Shown here: positions 12,345 to 26,190 of the stretch, in pieces
Layout of the letters: every line of letters begins with the position of its first letter
How positions within the stretch are numbered: the first letter of the stretch is position 1
NCBI RefSeq assembly: GCF_902713615.1
Contig: NC_052158.1
Location: 37,935,729 to 37,999,728, forward strand
DNA length: 64,000 nucleotides
Source: Scyliorhinus canicula
Taxonomy: Eukaryota
Direction: 5' to 3'
The notes under the pieces: generated by a model
Database searches by the model: none
What the model saw: the letters and a program-made list of their open reading frames with translations, nothing else
What the model was told of the DNA's origin: nothing
Translations under genes and position numbers: made by a program

Positions 12345-15300
12345 GAACTTCCGGTGGCGGCCATGGAGGAGTAGGCCGCACATTCGATCGCTCCCACCTG
12401 AAACGGACTTGCGGACATTTATTCCCGGATTTTAGTGGACGTTATGAAATAAATCGGTGGAGTGAGCAATATTAAGGAGGATCCCCCCCCCCCCCCACCC
12501 ACCCCGCCCCGAAGTATGGAGAGCTGGACCATAAGTGGCCGTGTGAAACGAATTAGTCCCGATAGAGGGAAGCGAGTGGAGCTAGCAGTGCGGGGAAGCA
12601 TGGCAGATGGCAAGGACCAGGGACCGGCGGATACTCGCCGAAGCAGCAGCAGATGGAGTTGTTCAAGAGTTGCTTTGCCGAGCTAAACAGGGATACGCTT
12701 GACCCGATGAAAGCATCGATTGACCAAATGGTCGCGACTCAGGCGGCCCAGGGAAAGCAATTCAGGAGATCGAGTTAAAACTCTCCAATCAAGGGGACGA
12801 GATAACTGTACTGGAGCGACAAGGTGGAGGTGCTAGATGACCGCCACAAGAATATGCAGAAGAAGCTGGAGGAGCTGGAGAGCAGGACCAGGAGCCCGAA
12901 TTTAAGAATCGTTGGCCTTCAAGGAGGTATTGAGGGACCAGATGCGGGAGCATATGTGTCGAGTAAGCTGGATTCGTTGGTGGGAGCGGGGCTTTCCCTT
13001 GACACCTGGAGCTGAATGGAACGCACAGAGCTCTCGCAAGGAAGCTCAATTCGAATGACCCGCTGAGTGCCATAGTGGTTCGTTTCCCCCGTTTTTCAGA
13101 TTAGGAGCGAGTCTTGAGGTAGGCCAATAAGGAACGGAGCAGCAACTGGGAAAACAGTGACGTGCGCATCTATCAGTACCTGGGAGCAGAGCTGGCCAAC
13201 AGACATGCGGGGTTAAACCGGGCAAAGGCGACACTCTTTAAGAAGGCGGTGAAGTTTGGGGTGTCTTATCCAGCGAGGCTGGGGTAACGCATGGAGATCG
13301 ACACTACTATTTCGAGTCGCCAGATGTTGTTTGGACATTTATTAAAGAGAAGTTGGACTCGAGTTAAACGACACTTAAGCTACGAAGATGCGATGTGGCG
13401 GTGGTTTGTAATTGTGTTCTGTTTTTAACAAGATTGTATTTAGTCATAGGCGAGAGAGTGGACTGGAGGGATGGTTGGAGAGCTCTTTGTTTCGCAGGGA
13501 GTTGATACGGGGGGAGGGGTGCTCTGAAGTTAGCATTATCCTTCGGTAGACTGGGTTTTGTTTTGAGTGTGCCTGGTTTGCGTTATGGTTATGTTAATGC
13601 TTTCTGGAGTGCTGTTGTTTACTTACTGGGGAATGTGATTCTGTAAATAGTTTTTTTTATCGATGTGGGTAGAGGGCTCCGAACAATTAGGTGATAGTTT
13701 GATCGGCGGAACTTCGGGGGTTATCGGGGTCAGCGGTGTTCATCTGACTCTCGGAAGCGTAGTGGGGGCTGAGCTTGTGTTGAATTGGTGTTTTATTTGA
13801 AAGATTAGGTTTCTGGTGCTATGGTGAGGGGAGGTGGGGTGGTAGGGGCGGTGGCTGATTTGCTGGCAAGGGAGAAATAATTTTCAGGGAATAAATGGGA
13901 GGTCGGGGGCGACTGCTGCTTCAGGCACTGCTCGGGGAAGCGGGGGGCGTGGGTTCAGGGCTGGCCTAAGAAGGGTGATGGCTAGTCGGCAGCGGGGGGG
14001 GGGGGGGTGTGGTAGCCCCCGTCCAGGCTGATTACGTGGAATGTGAGAGGTCTGAATGGGCCAGTGAAGTGAGCACATATGTTCGCGTATTTAAAGGTAC
14101 TGCAGGCAGATGTGGCAATACTGCAGGAGACACGTCTGAAGGTCACAGACCAGATAAGATCAAAGAAGGGTTGGGTTAGTCAAGTGTTCCACTCAGGTCT
14201 GGACTCGGAGACCAGGGAGGTAGCAATTCTGATCAGTAAGGGAGTGGCATTTGAGGCTTGGAGAGTTGTGGCTGATTTTGTATATAATGCTGTGGGAAGC
14301 CGGAGGGGGTCCGAGTGGTGCTCGTGGATGTCTATGCCCCAAACTGGGATGACGTGGACTTTATGAGGCAAGTGGTAGGTAAAATCCCGGACATTGGTGC
14401 ACACAACTTGATCATGGGGGAGGGGAAGAGAGGACTTCAATATGGTTATCGATCCTGAATTGGACCGCTAAAAATCCAGGGTAGGGAAGAGGCTGGCGGC
14501 GGCAAAGGAGTTGAAGGGTTTTATGGAGCAGATGGAGGGCGTAGATCCCTGGAGGTTTATACAGCCGAGGGTAAAGGGGTTTTCCTTTTTCTCCCACGTC
14601 CACAAAGTTCATTCCCATATTGAGGTTTTTGTTCTGGGTAAGGCGTTGATCCTGAAGGTGGTGGGGATGGAATACTCGGTGATTACAGTCTTGGACCATG
14701 CCCCGCACTGGGTGGATTTGCGGCTTAGGGAGGAGGGAGGACAGCATTCACTGTGGAGACTGGATGTGGGGTTGTTAGCGGATGAGGTGGTTAGCGGGCG
14801 GGTAAATAAGAGTATCTAGAACTACCGGGAAACAAACGACATGGGAGACATATCGGCAGCGACGGCCTGGGATATTGGTGGAGTAAAGAACAAGGAGAGT
14901 AACTTGGTCTTGGACCAAGAGGGAGTGAACTAAGTTTTTAAGCAATCCTACAGCAAATTATATGAGTCAGAACCCCGGGCGGAAGCGGAAGGGATGAAGC
15001 AATCTCTGGACCAATTGAAGTTTCCGATGGTGGAGTAGGGCCTGGTGGAGGGGCTGGGGGGCCCCGATCGAGATAGAAGTGATCATTAAGGAGCTGGAGG
15101 ACATGCAGTCGGGCAAAGCTCCGGGGCTGTATAGGTTTCCTGTGGAATATTTAAAGAGATTTTCAGAGATATTGAGCCCACTGCTGATGAGGGTCTTTAA
15201 TGAGGCTAGAGAGAAGGGTATCCTCCCTGCTGTAATGTCGCAGGCCTTGATCTCACTCATTCTTAGACGGAAGAACGACCCTGAACAGTGTGGGTCTTAC

Positions 15301-17160
15301 AGGCCAATCTCGTTACTAAATGTGGACGGCAAGCTATTGGCTAAGATCTTGGCCACAAGGGTAGAGGATTGTGTCCCGGGGGCGATAGCGGAAGACCAGA
15401 CTGGATTTGTTAAGGACAGGCAGTTTAATGCAAATTTGCGGAAACTTTAAAATATTATTATGAGGCCCCCCCAAAGAGAAGAAACAGAGATTGTGGTAGC
15501 AATGGATGCAGAGAAAGCGTTCGATTGGGTGGAGTGGGAGTACCTGTCGGAGGCGATAGGTAGTTTTTGATTTGGCAAAGACCTTGTTCGGTGTGTGCAA
15601 TTGCTGTACCAGGTGCCCTGTGGCAAGCGTGCTTATGAACCGGCTTATGTAGTGGTATTTTATATTGCACTGGGGGGCGAGGCAAGGGTGTCCCCTCCCC
15701 CCATTATTATTTGCTCTAGCCATTGAGCCACTGGCCATAGGGTTGAGAGGTTCAAGGAACTGGCCGGAGCTTGCCCGGGGTGGGGTGGGACTGTGGAACA
15801 CCGGGTCTCGCTCTATGCGGATGATCTCCTCCTGTATATTTCGGTCCCACTGGAGGGGGTGGAGGACGTCATGCGGATCGTTTGGAAATTTAGTAGTTTT
15901 TCGGGGTATAAACTGAACGTTGGGAAGAGCGAGTTTTTTTGAGTCTAATGGACAGTAGCAGAGACTGAGTGAGCTGCGGCTGAGCTTTCACTACCTGGGA
16001 AGACAGGTGGCTCGGAAGTGGGATTCGTTGCCTAAGCTTAATTTCACCTGACCGATGGAACAAATGGAAGGGGGCTTTAAAAGATGGGACATGCTCCCAC
16101 TGTCACTGGCGGGGAGAGTATAGACCGTTAAAATGACGGTCCTACCCAGATTTCTATTTGTATTCTATTGCCTTCCGATCTTCATCCCGAAGGCCTTTTT
16201 CGAGCGGCTGAATAAGATCATCTCGGGATTTGTGTGGGCGAAAAAGAAAAGAGAGTGCTGCTGGAATGCAGTAGGGGGGAGGGGTCCACTCGCATTGCCG
16301 AACTTTTGCAACTACTACTGGGGGACGAACATAGCCATGATTAGGAATTTGGTATTAGGGGAGGAATCAGCATTGCAGCGGCTGGAGGCGTCATCATGTA
16401 AAGGCATCTGTTTGGGAGCTCTGGTAAAGGCACCTCTGCCGTTTTTCCCGGTCCGTTACTCCACATGTCCTGTGGTGGTGGTGCCACTGAAGATCAGGGG
16501 ACAGTGGAGGAGACACAAGTGGGTGGAAGGCGCGTCGGTCTGGACCCCGATATGGAATAAGCACAGGTTTCTACCAGGCAGGATGTATGGCGGGTTCCAG
16601 AGCTGGCAGAGAGCAGCACCAAAAGGGTGGGTAACCTGTTTATAGGTGGGAGCATTCATACCCTTCAGGCGCTAGAGGACAATTTTAAACTGCAGCCAGG
16701 GAACAGTTTTAGATATCTACAAGTGCGGGCCTTCCTGAGAAAACAGGTGGTGGCCTTACCGCTTCTGCCACCACGGGGGACACAGGATAGAGTAGTTTCC
16801 GGTACCTGGGTGTGGGAGGGAAAGCTGTCGGATATCTAGCAGGACCTGCTGGAAGCAGAGGAAACCACGGTGGAGGAACTTAAGGGCAAATGGGAAGAGG
16901 AGTTAGGTGGAGAGTTAGAGCCGTGTCTGTGGGCGGAAGCCCAAAGTAGGGTCAGTTCCTCCTCATCATGTGCTAGGCCCACATGACGGTGGCGACGCTG
17001 AATACACTTTTCGGGGTCGAAGACAGACGTGCGAGGTGTGTGGGAAGCCCAGCAAGACGTGTCCATATGTTTTGGGCATTTCCGAAGCTTGGAGGGTTCT
17101 GGCGGGGGTTTGCCAAGCCAATGTCCACGGTGTTAGGTACGCGGGTGGTGAGAGTCCAGA
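12345..17160 (+). mobile_element. Degenerate L1/Tx1-clade LINE (ORF1 + ORF2)
   Basis: ORF1 remnant LEELESRTRSPNLRIVGL. ORF2: WNVRGLN, ADVAILQET, YRPISLLNVDGKLLAKILATR, QGCPLPPLLFALAIEPLA, LYADD, MTVLPRFLFVF. Many stops and frameshifts. Confidence 0.85.
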
Positions 17161-17714
17161 GGTGGAAAAACCCAAAGTCACATGAACTGACATCTGGATA
17201 TAGAAATGGACTGAAGAAAACACGACATGTGGCATGACAGACACCTCCAGTATAGGTTTGCTTCCTTAGCACAAATTAACTCCGTGGCATAAATCGTGTG
17301 AGGGAACTTTAAAGACAATCAGTGTTGTTCTTGCTGTATGGTTCAAATTGCACATATGCTCACCCGGTATCAAAACTAGTTCCTTCGCTGGTTGGCGATT
17401 ACTAATTGAGCAGATTAGAGCAGTAAAATTTGCACATGCAGTAAATTGATGTTGAAGTTGAACAGATAATATTTAGAGTGCTCTGCATAGTTCAAACCTC
17501 CAACATATAAAAGTCCACACTGCGACTACAGAAATTGAAAAGTTAATTTTCAAGTGTTGAATCGTAACTGAAATATTGGAACATTCGCTGATGGGTGCCA
17601 TTTTTGTATTTATATTTTATTACTATTAAGGGTAAAAATACTGAGAGGAGATGCAACAGAGCGCTTGAAAATTAGGAAAGGACGGGACAGTGGATGCAAA
17701 ATGGCTGCACATGT

Positions 17715-17887
17715 AATGAAAATCGCTTATTGTCACGAGTAGGCTTCAATGAAATTACTGTGAAAAGATCCTAGTCGCCACATTCCGGCGCCTGTCTGGA
17801 TAGGCTGGTACTGGAATCGAACCGTGCTGTTGGCCTGCGTGGTCTGCCTTAAAAGCCAGCGATTTAGCTGAGTGAGCTAAACCAGCC
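17715..17887 (-). mobile_element. tRNA-derived SINE (second family)
   Basis: Homologous to 10205-10385 and 32097-32267. Confidence 0.75.
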
Positions 17888-18300
17888 AGAACTAAATAAT
17901 AGGTAAGAAAAATGAATGCAACGTATGAATAGCATAGTAATAAGAAACAACACACGTATTTCCTGAATGGTGTCTTTAAATCGAGAACTCACAGGGAGTG
18001 GTTGTGGCCCTAAGGTTATATACCTCGAAAGTAAAACTTGAAGTGCACCTGTAACAACTTACCATTTTACGTCCGTTAAACAGTTAAGTGGAGGTGCATC
18101 GAATGGCCCGTTCCTGTTGTATATAAAGCACTATAGACTAAAATAGCCAAGTCAACAATTTGTGTGTTTGACATTCTGTATAATATAATCCCATTTGTCG
18201 GTTAGTTCTTTTGGCTCGACGGCTGGTTAGTGATACAGAACAACGCCAACAGCACATTTTAAATTCTCGCACTGGCTGAGGTTATCCTTCTCATCATTGT

Positions 18301-18431
18301 TCCCGGAGGAATCCCACGCTGACACGGGGAGCACATGCAGACTCTGCACAGACAGTCCCAAGCCGGGAATCGAACCTGTGACCCTGTCCCTGTGAACCAA
18401 TAGTGCTAACCACTATGCGACCGTGATGCCC
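18301..18431 (-). mobile_element. HE1-type SINE 5' fragment overlapping the GPCR stop codon
   Basis: The - strand reads GGGCATCACGGTCGCATAGTGGTTAGCAC, the HE1 head, followed by B-box GGTTCGATTCC. Confidence 0.8.
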
Positions 18432-19337
18432 TGGTTCGATTGCTAACTATTTGAATAATTGAGGTGACTGGATATTTTACCGTATTCAGAAATTGTTCTC
18501 TGAATTTGGATTGTGTAACGCCATAAATAAATGTATTTGTGCAGCAACTTAAACTGAGCAGCATAACTCCGACCTGCTGAAAAATATATAAAGAATCCGT
18601 GTATTCTTCGGGATTTGTTCCTGTGATGTTATAATATATGAAATGCAGCACATATGTCAACCAAAGCAGTATGAAGCTGCCAGATATGCTGAATAGCAAA
18701 ATCATCGACTTCCTTCTATTCTGCATCTCTGCGTCAGTGCGATTCTCGCCATGTGTCTGAACTCTCAGCCCCTTACGTATTCGACTAGCTAGTAAAATAT
18801 ACCTGACCGTAAGGGTGTTGAGCAATAAAATTAAAGCGAATGGGAGCACTGGAGTTAAAATTGTGTCAATCCAGTCAAATACCATCCATCCAGGCTCAGT
18901 GTAGTAGCTTGACTTTGAGTAACAGAACCATGGCAAATTATTGATTATATTTCCAGGTTCAAATGTAAAAAAGAAGGGAACATTTTTTAAACATAACAGA
19001 AGGCATGTTGTTGTTAAAACAAAAGTTGCAACTCGCTGGGTACAGTACTTCGTTTTCAATTTTTGGCAACAAATGGCAACAAATCGATCAAAGGAAAAAG
19101 TAACAGTGAACCAGACAGAACAGTCTCTGGCTGCGCACGTCAGGGTATAAATCATACTGCAAACCGGGGTGACGTCCAGAAAGGTTCCTGGGAAATAATA
19201 ATAGCTGATCCGCCAAAGTATGACATCAGTGATTATGACCAGTAGATCCGCTGCTGCCATGTCTACCAAGTAGCGAGTGGTGCAGGTGGAGATACCACAC
19301 TTTGCCCGAGACAAGATCGCAATGGCAACTAAATTAA
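18406..19337 (-). CDS. GPR139/GPR142-like class A orphan GPCR, exon 2 (bulk of the 7TM domain)
   Basis: Intact ORF with VNLVAIAILSR, YLVDMAAADLL (TM2), SVWFTVTFSFDRFVAIC (TM3, DRF), TP.LPF (TM5), FILLW (TM6), SCCTNTFIY (TM7). Acceptor ttccctgttttgcag ends at 19338. Confidence 0.9.
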
Positions 19338-19445
19338 CTGCAAAACAGGGAAGATAAATACATAGGAAATCGTAAATTAAACAAACACCGTGCCTGAAAG
19401 CAGGTATCGTTCAAGGGTGACATCACTCAAAAGATATGTATTGGT

Positions 19446-19580
19446 TAAAAGCAAATTACTGCGGATGCTGTAATCTGAAACTAAAGAGAAAATGCTGGAA
19501 AATCTCAGCAGGCCTGGCATCATCTGTAGGGAGAGAAAATAGTTAACGTTTCGAGTCCGATGATTCTTTGTCAAAGACAG
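19446..19580. repeat. Penelope-like terminal repeat fragment
   Basis: AAAAGCAAATTACTGCGGATGCTG...GTTTCGAGTCC..TGA..CTTTGTCAAAG; related copies at 29690-29920 and 62140-62300. Confidence 0.5.
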
Positions 19581-19619
19581 AGAAAGAATTGGAAAATATG
19601 TATTGGTGTTTTGTTCGAG

Positions 19620-19957
19620 GATAGAACATAGAACAGTACAGGCCCTTCGGCCCTCAATGTTGTGCCGAGCCATGATCACCCTAATCAAACCCACGTATCC
19701 ACCCTATACCCATAACCCAACACCCCCCCCCCCCCTTAACCTTACTTTTATTAGGACACTACGGGCAATTTAGCATGGCCAATCAACCTAACCTGCACAT
19801 CTTTGGACTGTGGGAGGAAACCGGAGCACCCGGAGGAAACCCACGCACACAGGGGGAGGACGTGCAGACTCCACACAGACAGTGACCCAGCCGGGAATCG
19901 AACCTGGGACCCTGGAGCTGTGAAGCATTTATGCTAACCACCATGCTACCCTGCTGC
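19620..19957 (-). mobile_element. Full HE1-type SINE in the GPCR intron
   Basis: tRNA head, central domain and CR1-like tail (GGGCCGAAGGGCCTGTACTGTTCTATGTTCTAT on the - strand). Confidence 0.88.
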
Positions 19958-20989
19958 AGATTATCTTTCAATATTATAGAAATCTGTTTCGGCCATAGAT
20001 CTAATCCCAGCCAGTCAAATCCCCTCTACATTTTGCCATAGCATAGCACTCACGATACGCCTCAGAAGCATGCAGCTCCTAATGGCACTGACACATAACT
20101 TTTTAACAAGCTTTTCATATTTCCCTCTCTCTGCCGAATTTCTCTTCAGATATCTGCCATCCATTAACTGAGGAAATGTTTTCTATGTTTGAAACAAGCG
20201 CGACGTAATGATGTCGTGACTGATGGATTACACTGCTAAACATGGAATATATAGGAAAGTCAATCAGGCTGAATTCGGAGTAATGAATCTCAAAGGGAGG
20301 AACCACCTGGAAGGAGAAGGTAAAACTCCAATACCATGTGCACTTGTCTGAATGACTGCCGACGCCCTTCGAATGCCTAGAATGAATAGAAGCAAAACAC
20401 GGAGTTTGTGGACAATTCCATTTTAAAAAGTGGATGAAGGAAACATTCTGCAGGCCAGATAAACGCGTTATATTTTTAAACTGAGGCAGATTATCTTTCA
20501 AAAGAATTGGAAAATATTTCAGAGGTTAAAAGCTTTGAACCAATGACAGGAACACGAACAAAATGGGAAGTGAATGAAAATAGCATCCACTGGAAATCAA
20601 TGACCAGTGAATCGTACAATTGATTCACTATCACAAACGATCGTCGTAATAGAAGAATTGTAAGACTCACGTGGCAATGCATGTAATCAGTGTACGTTCA
20701 ACTTTAAAGGTAATAATAATTGAGACTCGGCGCTGCATGGTGAATCAGGAAGCATGTCAAAGATCCAGCATAAGTAGATTCTAATGGACATAATGTACAT
20801 CCCTTATTGGAGTGCGACAGGCAAAGACTTATTTCGCAATAAAATATCCGTGCATTTGGCCTCACGACTACTTTGCTTCTCTTTTTAAAATGCGTTTGGT
20901 TACAAATATGTATCAAAAAAGTGTCAACACATAAACGCCCGGGAAACATACTTCCCAACAGTCAACGATACAGTTTGTACAAACTTTTC

Positions 20990-22480
20990 CACTTTATCGA
21001 TCGCCACTCTGCTCTCCCCACCCCCACCTCCCCACACGCCGCGATGAACAACTCTCAAAAATGGTCACGAACATTCCCCACCTTGTCTTAAAACTCTCTG
21101 CTGAGCCTCGTAGATCATATTTCATCTTTTCCAGACACCGCAAGTGATATGAATCACCAAAACAGACCGCTACCACCGGTGGTGATGCCGACCGCCATTG
21201 CAGTAAGAATCGTCGAGGGGCAATCAGGGAGGCGAAGGATTCCTGCTCTCCATGAGCGATTGCATCTCTGAAACCCCAAATATCACCACTCAGAAATACG
21301 GGTCCACATCCTCCCACATTGTCCACGCTGAGGCCGCACGCATGCCCGCCCAGAATCTCTCCAACTTTTCTCAGCCCCAGAACATATGCGTGTCATTCGC
21401 TGGTCCCCACCCATACCCCACGCTCATATGCCATCCTCTGGAAGAACCTAGTCATTCTAGCCCGTTATACGTACCCTGTGTATGACCTTGAACTATATAA
21501 GGCTCACCCTTGCGCACCAGGGGGTTTCGTTTATCCTGCGCAGTGCCTCATTCCATACGCCCCAATTGATCTTCCCTTCAACCACCCGTTCACAATTTGC
21601 CTCGATCCTCGCCTCCTTGCTCTCCCAGTCAGCTGCATATATCTCTCATTCTTCCCTACCCTTCCACATTCGGGAGCAGTAGTTATTCCTGGAGGATGCA
21701 CCTTGGCAGGCTATGGACCTTTTCGAAACATTCCACGCAAGGCACCTCACCAGCAGGTCGCTGTACTCACTCCCTCGGTAGCTCTACACTCCCTCAGCTC
21801 CTCCATACTGGCAAACTCTTCCTCCAGGTAAAAATCCCTCACCTTGACCAATACCACTTCCCTCCAACCTCTATACATGCTGTCCATACCCAACCCCCCC
21901 CCCCCCCCCCAACCCCACTGATCAAGCCCGTGATTCTCACGCAACTGCGTTAACACCTACATTGCCTACATCCTTACATGCCTCCTCAACTTTCCAAATC
22001 ATCACCTTTGTCTGCACCACTGGGCACCCTGAATACCTTCTCAGCGCCATTGGAAACACCACCGTTACCATAACCCTCAAGCTGTACCTCCTACAAGATT
22101 CCTCCTCCATCAACAACCATTCTGCCCAATCCGCATCTCACCAGTGCCGGACAATTTCCACATTCGCCACCCAATAACAAGGATGCAGGTTCGGCAATGT
22201 CAACTCCCCCTCTGCCTCTATCAGCAGTGCCTTCCTAATCCTTGGAATCTTCCCCGCCGATACAAAGTTCGAAATTATTGTTTTCAGCTTCCGAAAAAAG
22301 GTCTTTGGTGTTAAGATCGGGAGTGCTTGTAATATAAACAGGAACCTTGGCAAAATATTCATCTTTACCACTCGGGCACTCCCCGCCAGAGTCAATTGCA
22401 GTGTATTCCACCTCTTAAGATCCTCCCTGGCTTCCTCCACCAAGAGATAAGTTCGACTTGTGGAGAATTGTCCATTCGGT
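20990..22480 (-). mobile_element. L1/Tx1 ORF2 3' fragment in the GPCR intron
   Basis: The - strand ORF 22138-22443 reads LKRWNTLQLTLAG..VKMNILPRFLFILQALP, homologous to the L1 near 16100. Confidence 0.75.
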
Positions 22481-23179
22481 TGCTACCTGAATCCCCAAAT
22501 ATCTGAATTCTGCCTTTGGTAACCAGCGGGCATACCACTTCCGAAAGAAACTATTCCCCCGGCTTTCAAAGACAGGTTTTTGTCAAAATTACACACAGGA
22601 ACGGGAAAAAGAACTCTTCCCTCGACCTTCGAGAACGAGCTTACCTGTGTGCGACCACTCACACCATCGGCTGTTATGCACCTTGCTAACATATGAGGTA
22701 TGAGATTAATGGCGTAAAATAGTAGCAAACTTAACAAAAGACAATTGTGGAGACAATGAGGCAGAGAGACAGGTGGCATGTCATATGATTGAACAGAATA
22801 CAAAGAAGGATAAAGTATGACTAAACGATTAACAAGAACGAAGCGTGTGCAGTCAGAGTGACATATTGTCAGAAATATGAAAAAACAGACAGTAAGACGT
22901 ATCTTGACTGTACATAATAAGAACATTGTTAACAAAGTCAGCAAAAAATGTAATGTAGAAAGCAATTGAGTTTGGAGAACTTAATAGAAAACAAAGAAAT
23001 GTCTGGAAATCTGGAGTAGTGCTCTTTGGAAAGAAAGTTCTAATTATTTAAATGTATATAGATTGCAGGAAACTGCAGTATTAAGAAATTAGAAATCCTT
23101 GCAAATAAACCACAAACAGCTAGCATCCAGGTTCAACAGGAATTAGGGAAGTTAATAGAATGATGACTTTTTTAGAATT

Positions 23180-23502
23180 CCTACAATGCAGAAGTAGGCC
23201 ATTTAGACCATAGTCTACACCCACTCTCTGAAATAGAAGTCGACCTCGGCCCACTCCCACACTATATGCCCGTGACCACAAATAATCTGCGCATCTTTGG
23301 ACACTAAGTGGCAATTTAGGAAGGCCAATTCACCTGACTTGCATATCGTTGTGCTGTGGGAGGAAACTGGAGCACCCGGATAAAATCCACACATCCATGG
23401 TTTGAAAGTCCAAACTCCATACAGTCACCCAAGGACGGAATTCAACCCGAGTCCCTGGTGCTCTGAGGCAGCAGCATTAATCACTGTGCCGCCGTGTTGC
23501 CC
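23180..23502 (-). mobile_element. Diverged HE1-type SINE
   Basis: Ends in ..TGTGCCGCCGTGTTGCCC and has the central HE1 motifs. Confidence 0.7.
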
Positions 23503-23509
23503 ATCTTTG

Positions 23510-25520
23510 AAGGGAACTAAGCATAAAAGAGGGAAGTGTTGATAAATCTATGCAAAGAGCCACTCAGACAACATCTGGAATATTGTGAAAACTTTTGGTC
23601 CCCTTAACTCAGTAAGTATATACTTGTATATAGCCTGTCTAGAGAAGGTTCAATGGGTTTTCCTCAGTTTTGGGGAGGTTTTTGCACAGGAAAGGTTAAG
23701 TAAGTTGGTATTGGTCTCAATGCAGTTGAGTAGTATGAGACCTGTCCAGTTTTACATGTATGGCATTCTGAACAGGTTTGACAGGGTAGATACTGCGAGG
23801 TTAATTTCCCTTTCGGAGAAAGGCTGAGACGAAAGGGCATAATCTCGAAGTAAGGGATGGAAAATTTAAAACAGAGATGAAGAGGAGTTACATCTATCAG
23901 AGGGTAGTGAATAAATGGAATTATTTACCTTAGAGGGATCTAAAGAGTGTTTCGGTAAATATATTCAAGGTTGCAATAGAGCACCGGGCTAAAAGGCGCC
24001 CGGGCACTAATGGACTTCAGCCTAGGTTCTGAAACACAGTGTCGAGTTAAATTATTAACGCATCGGTTTTAATTTTTCAGACCTCCGTCGATTCGAAGAA
24101 ATTCTAATTAGACTGGAATTTAGAAAATGCATTATTCAATTATTCAAAAACGGAGGGAGCCAGAAATCAATAAACTATATGCCAATTAGGTTAATATCTG
24201 TAGTAGGGAAAATGTTGGCATATATTATTAACTTATACTGAAGCATTTGAATTAGCTCACGGTAATTAGGCACATGCTGCATGATTTGTCAAAGATAAAG
24301 CACGTTTAATCAACTTATTGGGCTTCCTTGTGGAAGTTACATGTGCTGAGAATAAAAGGAAAGCTATGCGTGCATCACTTTGATTTCAGGAAGGTAGATC
24401 AAGGAGTATTGCAAAAAAATAAAAGCTGATGATGATGTTATGGTGGGTGACTTATTAATAACATATTGACATGGATGCAAGATTTGCCGGCTAACAGGAA
24501 ACGGTTTATGGATCAATAATTTATTATCAGATAGGCAATATGAACTGAATGGTATGCCACAGGAACCAGTGCTGGAACCGCAAATTCAGTTGATATCAAT
24601 GATTTAAATGAAGAAACTACAGTGAATGGTAGGGAAATATGACATGAAGAAGACATAAGGAGGCCAGGTCAATGTGTAAATATATTAAGAGAGTGAGTAA
24701 ATATCACGCAAATGTGTGAAATGCGGAAAGAAGCTAATTCAGTTGCTCATTTGATCAGGAAGAATATAAATTAATCATATTATCTAACTGGTAAGATATT
24801 TCAGAGCTCTGAGGTGAAGGGAGATCTACATGTCCTGAGGCACGAATCAGAAAAGGCTAGTGTGCATGTTCAGCAAGTAATTGGGACAGTTTATGGAATG
24901 TTTTCATTCATTAAGAGAACAGTTAAGTCCAAAAGCATGGATGCGATGCCGCTGTTGTGCATAGCACTAGTCAGGCCGTATTTTTAGTATTTTGTACAAT
25001 ATTAGTCACCTAATTGGGGGAAAGTTTAAGGGAGATGTGCGTGAAACGTTTTTTAGCAGAGGGTGGTGGGTGCCTGGAACGCTTTACCAGCGGAGGTGGT
25101 AGAGGCAGGCACGATAGAATCATTTAAGAAGCATCTAGACAGGTATATGAATGGGCGGGAACAGAGGGAAGTAGACCTTGGAAAATAGGAGACAGGTTTA
25201 GATAAAGGATCTGGATCGGCACAGGCTGCGAGGGCCGAAGGGCCTGATCATGCGCTCTAATTTTCTTTGTTCTTTGTTCTAATTCAAGTGACGATCCGTT
25301 TGAAGAAGTTCAGAGACGTTTTACCAGACTAAGTTTTAAGAGGGAAGATTGGTCAGGCTAAAATGGTATCGTTTGCAATGTAGCAGAGTACCACGCACTT
25401 GATTGAGCCATATAAGGTGAAAAGTTTTCTTGGCATTGTGAAAGGTAGGAGGATTCTTCGTCTTCTCAGGGAATCTTGAACAATGTGCCCTCTTTTAAAA
25501 TAGAGTTTGTGCCTTTAAAA
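23510..25520 (+). mobile_element. Highly degenerate CR1 fragments with a younger CR1 3' end at ~25020-25280
   Basis: Eroded RT motifs (GMPQEPVL-like) and a CR1 3' hairpin/tail GGGCCGAAGGGCCTG..TTCTTTGTTCT. Confidence 0.55.
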
Positions 25521-25889
25521 TGGTGATATGACATATGTAGTGTGATTTTAGGAATTACTGCTGCAAATGTACAGAAGCAACGATGTGAAATGTTATCGCA
25601 TCTAGGCGGGTTGCAAATTTCAATCATTACCAGATCCTGCATAACTTTATGAAATGGTGATGCGGAAACGACGGGCTGAATGGCTCATTCTTGTTCGTGC
25701 GTAAGCTTAGTCATTTAATTGGCACAGGAGAACTAATTAATAAGAACTTAAATCGTTATTTAAGATGGCGGGCATAAAAGAGATTGTTGACACAAGAAGC
25801 TTATCCGTGGCAACCGGACATCTCAATTTTTAAAAAGTGTATTACATGACACAGCTTTTGTAACCGATCGCAAATGTTACAGCTGACAA

Positions 25890-26190
25890 CATCATAAATC
25901 ATATCGGCCCATCGAGTCTGCTCTTCGAAAGAGCACCCGGCCGAAATCCCTATCTCCACCCTATCCCCACAACCCAGTAACCCCACACAATATTTTTGAC
26001 TAAGGGCAATTTAGCATGGCCAATCCACCTAACCTGCATATCTTTGGACTGTTGGAGGAAACCGGAGAACCCGGAGGAAACCCACGCAGACACGGGTAGA
26101 ATATGCAGACTCCGGACAGACAGTGACCCAAGCCGGGAATCCAACCTGGAGCTGTGAAGCAGCTGTGCTAACCACGTGATCTACCGTGTT
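25890..26190 (-). mobile_element. HE1-type SINE
   Basis: Contains the GGGCAATTTAGCATGGCCAATCCACCTAACCTGC core shared with other copies. Confidence 0.8.

Noticed and set aside
22483-22965. 160-aa hydrophobic - strand ORF or alternative GPCR exon 1
   Set aside because: Compositional artefact of a purine-rich + strand; the exon at 31298-31364 fits TM1 and phase much better.
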